Under the pieces are notes generated by a model that did not search any database, was not told where the DNA came from, and saw nothing but the letters and a program-made list of their open reading frames with translations. A DNA stretch of 64,000 nt, from the NCBI GenBank assembly GCA_964016885.1, contig OZ024758.1, positions 34,348,001-34,412,000 of the forward strand. The letters run 5' to 3'. Of the stretch, positions 1 through 12,200 are shown one piece after another (position 1 is the stretch's first letter; each line of letters starts with the position of its first letter). The position numbers and the translations under genes are program-made. This DNA is from Eledone cirrhosa (Eukaryota).

Positions 1-419
1 TGTCAGAAGTAACTCCACTGTTGGTGAGAATTCATTTAAGTTCATGGTACTAGCTGTCAGAAGTAACTCCAATGTTGGTGAGAATTCATTTAAGTTCATG
101 GTATTAGCTGTCAGAAGTAACTCCACTGTTGGTGAGAATTCATTTAAGTTCATGGTACTAGCTGTCAGAAGTAACTCCACTTTTGGTGAGAATTCATTTA
201 AGTTCATGGTACTAGCTGTCAGAAGTAACTCCACTTTTGGTGAGAATTCATTTAAGTCATGGTACTAGCTGTCAGAAGTAACTCCAATGTTGGTGAGAAT
301 TCATTTAAGTTCATGGTATTAGCTCTCAGAAGTAACTCCACTGTTGGTGAGAATTCATTTAAGTTCATGGTATTAGCTGTCAGAAGTAACTCCACTGTTG
401 GTGAGAATTCATTTAAGTT

Positions 420-1980
420 CATGGTACTAGCTGTCAGAAGTAACTCCACTGTTGGTGAGAATTCATTTAAGTTCATGGTACTAGCTGTCAGAAGTAACTC
501 CACTGTTGGTGAGAATTCATTTAAGTTCATGGTATTAGTTTGTCAGAAGTAACTCCACTGTTGGTGAGAATTCATTTAAGTCATGGTATCAGTTGTCAGA
601 TGTAACTCCAATGTTGGTGAGAATTCATTTAAGTCATGGTACTAGCTGTCAGAAGTAACTCCAATGTTGGTGAGAATTCATTTAAGTTCATGGTATTAGC
701 TCTCAGAAGTAACTCCACTGTTGGTGAGAATTCATTTAAGTTCATGGTATTAGCTGTCAGAAGTAACTCCACTGTTGGTGAGAATTCATTTAAGTTCATG
801 GTATTAGCTGTCAGAAGTAACTCCACTGTTGGTGAGAATTCATTTAAGTTCATGGTATTAGCTGTCAGAAGGAACTCCAATGTTGGTGAGAATTCATTTA
901 AGTCATGGTACTAGCTGTTAGAAGTAACTCCACTATTGGTGAGAATTCATTTAAGTTCATGGTATTAGCTGTCAGAACGAACACTACTGTTGGTGAGAAT
1001 TCATTTAAGTTCATGGTATTAGCTGTCAGAAGTAACTCCACTGTTGGTGAGAATTCATTTAAGTTCATGGTACTAGCTGTCAGAAGTAACTCCAATGTTG
1101 GTGAGAATTCATTTAAGTTCATGGTATTAGCTGTCAGAAGTAACTCCACTGTTGGTGAGAATTCATTTAAGTTCATGGTACTAGCTGTCAGAAGTAACTC
1201 CACTTTTGGTGAGAATTCATTTAAGTTCATGGTACTAGCTGTCAGAAGTAACTCCACTGTTGGTGAGAATTCATTTAAGTTCATGGTACTAGCTGTCAGA
1301 AGTAACTCCACTGTTGGTGAGAATTCATTTAAGTTCATGGTATTAGTTTGTCAGAAGTAACTCCACTGTTGGTGAGAATTCATTTAAGTCATGGTATTAG
1401 TTGTCAGAAGTAACTCCAATGTTGGTGAGAATTCATTTAAGTCATGGTACTAGCTGTCAGAAGTAACTCCAATGTTGGTGAGAATTCATTTACGTTCATG
1501 GTATTAGCTCTCAGAAGTAACTCCACTGTTGGTGAGAATTCGTTTAAGTTCATGGTATTAGCTGTCAGAAGTAACTCCACTGTTGGTGAGAATTCATTTA
1601 AGTTCATGGTATTAGCTGTCAGAAGTAACTCCACTGTTGGTGAGAATTCATTTAAGTTCATGGTATTAGCTGTCAGAAGGAACTCCAATGTTGGTGAGAA
1701 TTCATTTAAGTCATGGTACTAGCTGTCAGAAGTAACTCCACTGTTGGTGAGAATTCATTTAAGTTCATGGTATTAGCTGTCAGAAGGAACGCCACTGTTG
1801 GTGAGAATTCATTTAAGTTCATGGTATTAGCTGTCAGAAGTAACTCCACTGTTGGTGAGAATTCATTTAAGTTCATGGTACTAGCTGTCAGAAGTAACTC
1901 CAATGTTGGTGAGAATTCATTTAAGTTCATGGTATTAGCTGTCAGAAGTAACTCCACTGTTGGTGAGAATTCATTTAAGT
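420..1980. repeat. 808-bp (15-monomer) higher-order repeat, about two diverged copies
   Basis: ORF landmarks are offset by 808 bp: 552/1360, 636/1444, 905/1713. The same 808 spacing recurs at 10268/11076, 12747/13555, 18026/18834 and 22065/22873. Confidence 0.85.
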
Positions 1981-2029
1981 TCATGGTACTAGCTGTCAGA
2001 AGTAACTCCAATGTTGGTGAGAATTCATT

Positions 2030-4780
2030 TAAGTTCATGGTATTAGCTGTCAGAAGGAACTCCACTGTTGGTGAGAATTCATTTAAGTTCATGGTATTAG
2101 CTGTCAGAAGTAAGTCCACTGTTGGTGAGAATTCATTTAAGTTCATGGTACTAGTTGTCAGAAGTAACTCCACTGTTGGTAAGAATTCATTTTAGTTCAT
2201 TGTATTAGTTGTCAGAAGTAACTCCACTGTTGGTGAGAATTCATTTAAGTCATGGTATTAGTTGTCAGAAGTAACTCCAATGTTGGTGAGAATTCATTTA
2301 AGTTCATGGTACTAGCTGTCAGAAGTAACTCCACTGTTGGTGAGAATTCATTTAAGTTCATGGTATTAGCTGTCAGAAGTAACTCCACTGTTGGTGAGAA
2401 TTCATTTAAGTCATTGTATTAGCTGTCAGAAGTAACTCCATTGTTGGTGAGAATTCATTTAAGTCATGGTACTAGCTGTCAGAAGTAACTCCAATGTTGA
2501 TGAGAATTCATTTAAGTTCATGGTATTAGCAGTCAGAAGTAACTCCACTGTTGGTGAGAATTCATTTAAGTTCATGGTATTAGCTGTCAGAAGTAACTCC
2601 ACTGTTGGTGAGAATTCATTTAAGTTCATGGTACTAGCTGTCAGAAGTAACTCCACTGTTGGTGAGAATTCATTTAAGTTCATGGTATTAGTTTGTCAGA
2701 AGTAACTCCACTGTTGGTGAGAATTCATTTAAGTCATGGTATTAGTTGTCAGAAGTAACTCCAATGTTGGTTAGAATTCATTTAAGTTCATGGTATTAGC
2801 TGTCAGAAGTAACTCCACTGTTGGTGAGAATTCATTTAAGTTCATGGTATTAGCTGTCAGAAGAAACTCCACTGTTGGTGAGAATTCATTTAAGTCATGG
2901 TATTAGCTGTCAGAAGTAACTCCATTGTTGGTGAGAATTCATTTAAGTCATGGTACTAGCTGTCAGAAGTAACTCCACTGTTGGTGAGAGTTCATTTAAG
3001 TCATGGTATTAGCTGTCAGAAGTAACTCCATTGTTGGTGAGAATTCATTTAAGTCATGGTATTAGCTGTCAGAAGTAACTCCACTGTTGGTGAGAATTCA
3101 TTTAAGTTCATGGTACTAGCTGTCAGAAGTAACTCCACTTTTGGTGAGAATTCATTTAAGTTCATGGTACTAGCTGTCAGAAGTAACTCCACTGTTGGTG
3201 AGAATTCATTTAAGTTCATGGTACTAGCTGTGAGAAGTAACTCCACTGTTGGTGAGAATTCATTTAAGTTCATGGTACTAGCTATCAGAAGTAACTCCAC
3301 TGTTGGTGAGAATTCATTTAAGTTCATGGTACTAGCTGTCAGAAGTAACTCCAATGTTGGTGAGAATTCATTTAAGTTCATGGTATTAGCTGTCAGAAGT
3401 AACTCCACTGTTGGTGAGAATTCATTTAAGTTCATGGTACTAGCTGTCAGAAGTAACTCCACTGTTGGTGAGAATTCATTTAAGTTCATGGTATTAGCTG
3501 TCAGAAGTCACTCCAATGTTGGTGAGAATTCATTTAAGTTCGTGGTATTAGCTGTCAGAAGTAACTCCACTGTTGGTGAGAATTCATTTAAGTTCATGGT
3601 ATTAGCTGTCAGAAGGAACTCCACTGTTGGTGAGAATTCATTTAAGTTCATGGTATTAGCTGTCAGAAGTAAGTCCACTGTTGGTGAGAATTCATTTAAG
3701 TTCATGGTACTAGTTGTCAGAAGTAACTCCACTGTTGGTAAGAATTCATTTTAGTTCATTGTATTAGTTGTCAGAAGTAACTCCACTGTTGGTGAGAATT
3801 CATTTAAGTCATGGTATTAGTTGTCAGAAGTAACTCCAATGTTGGTGAGAATTCATTTAAGTTCATGGTACTAGCTGTCAGAAGTAACTCCACTGTTGGT
3901 GAGAATTCATTTAAGTTCATGGTATTAGCTGTCAGAAGTAACTCCACTGTTGGTGAGAATTCATTTAAGTCATTGTATTAGCTGTCAGAAGTAACTCCAT
4001 TGTTGGTGAGAATTCATTTAAGTCATGGTACTAGCTGTGAGAAGTAACTCCAATGTTGATGAGAATTCATTTAAGTTCATGGTATTAGCAGTCAGAAGTA
4101 ACTCCACTGTTGGTGAGAATTCATTTAAGTTCATGGTATTAGCTGTCAGAAGTAACTCCACTGTTGGTGAGAATTCATTTAAGTTCATGGTACTAGCTGT
4201 CAGAAGTAACTCCACTGTTGGTGAGAATTCATTTAAGTTCATGGTATTAGTTTGTCAGAAGTAACTCCACTGTTGGTGAGAATTCATTTAAGTCATGGTA
4301 TTAGTTGTCAGAAGTAACTCCAATGTTGGTTAGAATTCATTTAAGTTCATGGTATTAGCTGTCAGAAGTAACTCCACTGTTGGTGAGAATTCATTTAAGT
4401 TCATGGTATTAGCTGTCAGAAGAAACTCCACTGTTGGTGAGAATTCATTTAAGTCATGGTATTAGCTGTCAGAAGTAACTCCATTGTTGGTGAGAATTCA
4501 TTTAAGTCATGGTACTAGCTGTCAGAAGTAACTCCACTGTTGGTGAGAGTTCATTTAAGTCATGGTATTAGCTGTCAGAAGTAACTCCATTGTTGGTGAG
4601 AATTCATTTAAGTCATGGTATTAGCTGTCAGAAGTAACTCCACTGTTGGTGAGAATTCATTTAAGTTCATGGTACTAGCTGTCAGAAGTAACTCCACTTT
4701 TGGTGAGAATTCATTTAAGTTCATGGTACTAGCTGTCAGAAGTAACTCCACTGTTGGTGAGAATTCATTTAAGTTCATGG
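2030..4780. repeat. Direct duplication of about 1.2 kb at 1559-bp offset (about 2030-3220 and 3590-4780)
   Basis: Rare variants (AGTAAGTCC, GGTAAGAATTCATTTTAG, GTTGATGAG, AGCAGTC, GGTTAGAA, AGAAGAAAC, GAGAGTTC) recur in the same order. ORF landmarks are 2466/4025 and 3056/4615. Confidence 0.88.
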
Positions 4781-7700
4781 TACTAGCTGTCAGAAGTAAC
4801 TCCAATGTTGGTGAGAATTCATTTAAGTTCATGGTATTAGCTGTCAGAAGTAACTCCACTGTTGGTGAGAATTCATTTAAGTTCATGGTACTAGCTGTCA
4901 GAAGTAACTCCACTTTTGGTGAGAATTCATTTAAGTCATGGTACTAGCTGTCAGAAGTAACTCCAATGTTGGTGAGAATTCATTTAAGTTCATGGTATTA
5001 GCTCTCAGAAGTAACTCCACTGTTGGTGAGAATTCATTTAAGTTCATGGTATTAGCTGTCAGAAGTAACTCCACTGTTGGTGAGAATTCATTTAAGTTCA
5101 TGGTACTAGCTGTCAGAAGTAACTCCACTGTTGGTGAGAATTCATTTAAGTTCATGGTACTAGCTGTCAGAAGTAACTCCACTGTTGGTGAGAATTCATT
5201 TAAGATCATGGTATTAGTTTGTCAGAAGTAACTCCACTGTTGGTGAGAATTCATTTAAGTCATGGTATCAGTTGTCAGATGTAACTCCAATGTTGGTGAG
5301 AATTCATTTAAGTCATGGTACTAGCTGTCAGAAGTAACTCCAATGTTGGTGAGAATTCATTTAAGTTCATGGTATTAGCTCTCAGAAGTAACTCCACTGT
5401 TGGTGAGAATTCATTTAAGTTCATGGTATTAGCTGTCAGAAGTAACTCCACTGTTGGTGAGAATTCATTTAAGTTCATGGTATTAGCTGTCAGAAGTAAC
5501 TCCACTGTTGGTGAGAATTCATTTAAGTTCATGGTATTAGCTGTCAGAAGGAACTCCAATGTTGGTGAGAATTCATTTAAGTCATGGTACTAGCTGTCAG
5601 AAGTAACTCCACTGTTGGTGAGAATTCATTTAAGTTCATGGTATTAGCTGTCAGAAGGAACACTACTGTTGGTGAGAATTCATTTAAGTTCATGGTATTA
5701 GCTGTCAGAAGTAACTCCACTGTTGGTGAGAATTCATTTAAGTTCATGGTACTAGCTGTCAGAAGTAACTCCAATGTTGGTGAGAATTCATTTAAGTTCA
5801 TGGTATTAGCTGTCAGAAGTAACTCCACTGTTGGTGAGAATTCATTTAAGTTCATGGTACTAGCTGTCAGAAGTAACTCCACTTTTGGTGAGAATTCATT
5901 TAAGTTCATGGTACTAGCTGTCAGAAGTAACTCCACTGTTGGTGAGAATTCATTTAAGTTCATGGTACTAGCTGTCAGAAGTAACTCCACTGTTGGTGAG
6001 AATTCATTTAAGTTCATGGTATTAGTTTGTCAGAAGTAACTCCACTGTTGGTGAGAATTCATTTAAGTCATGGTATTAGTTGTCAGAAGTAACTCCAATG
6101 TTGGTGAGAATTCATTTAAGTCATGGTACTAGCTGTCAGAAGTAACTCCAATGTTGGTGAGAATTCATTTAAGTTCATGGTATTAGCTGTCAGAAGTAAC
6201 TCCACTGTTGGTGAGAATTCATTTAAGTTCATAGTATTAGCTGTCAGAAGTAACTCCACTGTTGGTGAGAATTCATTTAAGTTCATGGTATTAGCTGTCA
6301 GAAGGAACTCCAATGTTGGTGAGAATTCATTTAAGTTCATGGTATTAGCTGTCAGAAGGAACGCCACTGTTGGTGAGAATTCATTTAAGTTCATGGTATT
6401 AGCTGTCAGAAGTAACTCCACTGTTGGTGAGAATTCATTTAAGTTCATGGTACTAGCTGTCAGAAGTAACTCCAATGTTGGTGAGAATTCATTTAAGTTC
6501 ATGGTATTAGCTGTCAGAAGTAACTCCACTGTTGGTGAGAATTCATTTAAGTTCATGGTACTAGCTGTCAGAAGTAACTCCACTTTTGGTGAGAATTCAT
6601 TTAAGTTCATGGTACTAGCTGTCAGAAGTAACTCCACTGTTGGTGAGAATTCATTTAAGTTCATGGTACTAGCTGTCAGAAGTAACTCCACTGTTGGTGA
6701 GAATTCATTTAAGTTCATGGTATTAGCTGTCAGAAGTAACTCCACTGTTGGTGAGAATTCATTTAAGTCATGGTATTAGTTGTCAGAAGTAACTCCAATG
6801 TTGGTGAGAATTCATTTAAGTTCATGGTATTAGCTGTCAGAAGTAACTCCACTGTTGGTGAGAATTCATTTAAGTTCATGGTATTAGCTGTCAGAAGTAA
6901 CTCCACTGTTGGTGAGAATTCATTTAAGTCATGGTATTAGCTGTCAGAAGTAACTCCATTGTTGGTGAGAATTCATTTAAGTCATGGTACTAGCTGTCAA
7001 AAGTAACTCCACTGTTGGTGAGAATTCATTTAAGTTCATGGTACTAGCTGTCAGAAGTAACTCCACTGTTGGTGAGAATTCATTTAAGTTCATGGTACTA
7101 GCTGTCAGAAGTAACTCCACTGTTGGTGAGAATTCATTTAAGTCCATGGTACTAGCTGTCAGAAGTAACTCCACTGTTGTTGAGAATTCATTTAAGTTCA
7201 TGGTATTAGTTTGTCAGAAGTAACTCCACTGTTGGTGAGAATTCATTTAAGTCATGGTATTAGTTGTCAGAAGTAACTCCAATGTTGGTGAGAATTCATT
7301 TAAGTCATGGTACTAGCTGTCAGAAGTAACTCCAATGTTGGTGAGAATTCATTTAAGTTCATGGTATTAGCTGTCAGAAGTAACTCCACTGTTGGTGAGA
7401 ATTCATTTAAGTTCATGGTATTAGCTGTCAGAAGTAACTCCACTGTTGGTGAGAATTCATTTAAGTTCATGGTATTAGCTGTCAGAAGTAACTCCACTGT
7501 TGGTGAGAATTCATTTAAGTTCATGGTATTAGCTGTCAGAAGGAACTCCAATGTTGGTGAGAATTCATTTAAGTCATGGTACTAGCTGTCAGAAGTAACT
7601 CCACTGTTGGTGAGAATTCATTTAAGTTCATGGTATTAGCTGTCAGAAGGAACGCCACTGTTGGTGAGAATTCATTTAAGTTCTTGGTATTAGCTGTCAG

Positions 7701-9289
7701 AAGTAACTCCACTGTTGGTGAGAATTCATTTAAGTTCATGGTACTAGCTGTCAGAAGTAACTCCACTGTTGGTGAGAATTCATTTAAGTTCATGGTACTA
7801 GCTGTGAGAAGTAACTCCACTGTTGGTGAGAATTCATTTAAGTTCATGGTACTAGCTATCAGAAGTAACTCCACTGTTGGTGAGAATTCATTTAAGTTCA
7901 TGGTACTAGCTGTCAGAAGTAACTCCAATGTTGGTGAGAATTCATTTAAGTTCATGGTATTAGCTGTCAGAAGTAACTCCACTGTTGGTGAGAATTCATT
8001 TAAGTTCATGGTACTAGCTGTCAGAAGTAACTCCACTGTTGGTGAGAATTCATTTAAGTTCATGGTATTAGCTGTCAGAAGTCACTCCAATGTTGGTGAG
8101 AATTCATTTAAGTTCGTGGTATTAGCTGTCAGAAGTAACTCCACTGTTGGTGAGAATTCATTTAAGTTCATGGTATTAGCTGTCAGAAGTAACTCCACTG
8201 TTGGTGAGAATTCATTTAAGTTCATGGTATTAGCTGTCAGAAGTAACTCCACTGTTGGTGAGAATTCATTTAAGTTCATGGTATTAGCTGTCAGAAGGAA
8301 CTCCAATGTTGGTGAGAATTCATTTAAGTCATGGTACTAGCTGTCAGAAGTAACTCCACTGTTGGTGAGGATTCATTTAAGTTCATGGTACTAGCTGTCA
8401 GAAGTAACTCCAATGTTGGTGAGAATTCATTTAAGTTCATGGTATTAGCTGTCAGAAGGAACTCCACTGTTGGTGAGAATTCATTTAAGTCATGGTATTA
8501 GTTGTCAGAAGTAACTCCAATGTTGGTGAGAATTCATTTAAGTTCATGGTACTAGCTGTCAGAAGTAACTCCACTGTTGGTGAGAATTCATTTAAGTTCA
8601 TGGTATTAGCTGTCAGAAGTAACTCCACTGTTGGTGAGAATTCATTTAAGTCATTGTATTAGCTGTCAGAAGTAACTCCATTGTTGGTGAGAATTCATTT
8701 AAGTCATGGTACTAGCTGTCAGAAGTAACTCCAATGTTGATGAGAATTCATTTAAGTTCATGGTATTAGCAGTCAGAAGTAACTCCACTGTTGGTGAGAA
8801 TTCATTTAAGTTCATGGTATTAGCTGTCAGAAGTAACTCCACTGTTGGTGAGAATTCATTTAAGTTCATGGTACTAGCTGTCAGAAGTAACTCCACTGTT
8901 GGTGAGAATTCATTTAAGTTCATGGTATTAGTTTGTCAGAAGTAACTCCACTGTTGGTGAGAATTCATTTAAGTCATGGTATTAGTTGTCAGAAGTAACT
9001 CCAATGTTGGTTAGAATTCATTTAAGTTCATGGTATTAGCTGTCAGAAGTAACTCCACTGTTGGTGAGAATTCATTTAAGTTCATGGTATTAGCTGTCAG
9101 AAGAAACTCCACTGTTGGTGAGAATTCATTTAAGTCATGGTATTAGCTGTCAGAAGTAACTCCATTGTTGGTGAGAATTCATTTAAGTCATGGTACTAGC
9201 TGTCAGAAGTAACTCCACTGTTGGTGAGAATTCATTTAAGTTCATGGTACTAGCTGTCAGAAGTAACTCCACTGTTGGTGAGAATTCAT

Positions 9290-12200
9290 TTAAGTTCATG
9301 GTACTAGCTGTCAGAAGTAACTCCACTGTTGGTGAGAATTCATTTAAGTTCATGGTACTAGCTGTCAGAAGTAACTCCACTGTTGGTGAGAATTCATTTA
9401 AGTTCATGGTATTAGTTTGTCAGAAGTAACTCCACTGTTGGTGAGAATTCATTTAAGTCATGGTATCAGTTGTCAGATGTAACTCCAATGTTGGTGAGAA
9501 TTCATTTAAGTTCATGGTACTAGCTGTCAGAAGTAACTCCACTGTTGGTGAGAATTCATTTAAGTTCATGGTACTAGCTGTCAGAAGTAACTCCACTGTT
9601 GGTGAGAATTCATTTAAGTTCATGGTACTAGCTGTCAGAAGTAACTCCACTGTTGGTGAGAATTCATTTAAGTTCATGGTACTAGCTGTCAGAAGTAACT
9701 CCACTGTTGGTGAGAATTCATTTAAGTTCATGGTACTAGCTGTCAGAAGTAACTCCACTGTTGGTGAGAATTCATTTAAGTTCATGGTATTAGTTTGTCA
9801 GAAGTAACTCCACTGTTGGTGAGAATTCATTTAAGTCATGGTATTAGTTGTCAGAAGTAACTCCAATGTTGGTGAGAATTCATTTAAGTCATGGTACTAG
9901 CTGTCAGAAGTAACTCCAATGTTGGTGAGAATTCATTTAAGTTCATGGTATTAGCTCTCAGAAGTAACTCCACTGTTGGTGAGAATTCATTTAAGTTCAT
10001 GGTATTAGCTGTCAGAAGTAACTCCACTGTTGGTGAGAATTCATTTAAGTTCATGGTACTAGCTGTCAGAAGTAACTCCACTGTTGGTGAGAATTCATTT
10101 AAGTTCATGGTACTAGCTGTCAGAAGTAACTCCACTGTTGGTGAGAATTCATTTAAGTTCATGGTATTAGTTTGTCAGAAGTAACTCCACTGTTGGTGAG
10201 AATTCATTTAAGTCATGGTATCAGTTGTCAGATGTAACTCCAATGTTGGTGAGAATTCATTTAAGTCATGGTACTAGCTGTCAGAAGTAACTCCAATGTT
10301 GGTGAGAATTCATTTAAGTTCATGGTATTAGCTCTCAGAAGTAACTCCACTGTTGGTGAGAATTCATTTAAGTTCATGGTATTAGCTGTCAGAAGTAACT
10401 CCACTGTTGGTGAGAATTCATTTAAGTTCATGGTATTAGCTGTCAGAAGTAACTCCACTGTTGGTGAGAATTCATTTAAGTTCATGGTATTAGCTGTCAG
10501 AAGGAACTCCAATGTTGGTGAGAATTCATTTAAGTCATGGTACTAGCTGTCAGAAGTAACTCCACTGTTGGTGAGAATTCATTTAAGTTCATGGTATTAG
10601 CTGTCAGAAGGAACACTACTGTTGGTGAGAATTCATTTAAGTTCATGGTATTAGCTGTCAGAAGTAACTCCACTGTTGGTGAGAATTCATTTAAGTTCAT
10701 GGTACTAGCTGTCAGAAGTAACTCCAATGTTGGTGAGAATTCATTTAAGTTCATGGTATTAGCTGTCAGAAGTAACTCCACTGTTGGTGAGAATTCATTT
10801 AAGTTCATGGTACTAGCTGTCAGAAGTAACTCCACTTTTGGTGAGAATTCATTTAAGTTCATGGTACTAGCTGTCAGAAGTAACTCCACTGTTGGTGAGA
10901 ATTCATTTAAGTTCATGGTACTAGCTGTCAGAAGTAACTCCACTGTTGGTGAGAATTCATTTAAGTTCATGGTATTAGTTTGTCAGAAGTAACTCCACTG
11001 TTGGTGAGAATTCATTTAAGTCATGGTATTAGTTGTCAGAAGTAACTCCAATGTTGGTGAGAATTCATTTAAGTCATGGTACTAGCTGTCAGAAGTAACT
11101 CCAATGTTGGTGAGAATTCATTTAAGTTCATGGTATTAGCTCTCAGAAGTAACTCCACTGTTGGTGAGAATTCGTTTAAGTTCATGGTATTAGCTGTCAG
11201 AAGTAACTCCACTGTTGGTGAGAATTCATTTAAGTTCATGGTATTAGCTGTCAGAAGTAACTCCACTGTTGGTGAGAATTCATTTAAGTTCATGGTATTA
11301 GCTGTCAGAAGGAACTCCAATGTTGGTGAGAATTCATTTAAGTCATGGTACTAGCTGTCAGAAGTAACTCCACTGTTGGTGAGAATTCATTTAAGTTCAT
11401 GGTATTAGCTGTCAGAAGGAACGCCACTGTTGGTGAGAATTCATTTAAGTTCATGGTATTAGCTGTCAGAAGTAACTCCACTGTTGGTGAGAATTCATTT
11501 AAGTTCACGGTACTAGCTGTCAGAAGTAACTCCAATGTTGGTGAGAATTCATTTAAGTTCATGGTATTAGCTGTCAGAAGTAACTCCACTGTTGGTGAGA
11601 ATTCATTTAAGTTCATGGTACTAGCTGTCAGAAGTAACTCCACTTTTGGTGAGAATTCATTTAAGTTCATGGTACTAGCTGTCAGAAGTAACTCCACTGT
11701 TGGTGAGAATTCATTTAAGTTCATGGTACTAGCTGTCAGAAGTAACTCCAATGTTGGTGAGAATTCATTTAAGTTCATGGTACTAGCTGTCAGAAGTAAC
11801 TCCACTGTTGGTGAGAATTCATTTAAGTTCATGGTACTAGCTGTCAGAAGTAACTCCACTGTTGGTGAGAATTCATTTAAGTTCATGGTATTAGTTTGTC
11901 AGAAGTAACTCCACTGTTGGTGAGAATTCATTTAAGTCATGGTATCAGTTGTCAGATGTAACTCCAATGTTGGTGAGAATTCATTTAAGTTCATGGTACT
12001 AGCTGTCAGAAGTAACTCCACTGTTGGTGAGAATTCATTTAAGTTCATGGTACTAGCTGTCAGAAGTAACTCCACTGTTGGTGAGAATTCATTTAAGTTC
12101 ATGGTACTAGCTGTCAGAAGTAACTCCACTGTTGGTGAGAATTCATTTAAGTTCATGGTACTAGCTGTCAGAAGTAACTCCACTGTTGGTGAGAATTCAT

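Noticed and set aside
21-32. TTGG core resembling nematode meiotic pairing-centre (HIM-8/ZIM) motifs
   Set aside because: Only a short core matches as far as I can recall the motifs, and the host is unknown. A PWM scan would be needed.
13-54. Hairpin or dyad elements (CCA-CTGT-TGG, CCAA-TG-TTGG, GAATTC, overlapping CATG/GTAC/CTAG/AGCT, mirror TCATGGTACT) as a structured RNA or cruciform
   Set aside because: Stems are only 3-5 bp, and several 4-bp palindromes are expected by chance in 54 bp. No compensatory covariation is visible.
1-54. Splice-like signals in each monomer (G|GTGAG or G|GTAAG donor, TGTCAG acceptor) implying a tandem micro-exon array
   Set aside because: These are short motifs with no good polypyrimidine tract. 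The implied intron (about 36 nt) and exon (about 18 nt) are implausibly small, and there is no transcript evidence.
69-73. CCAAT boxes in the CCAATG variant monomers as promoter elements
   Set aside because: They arise from a single C>A variant of the repeat and have no promoter or gene context.
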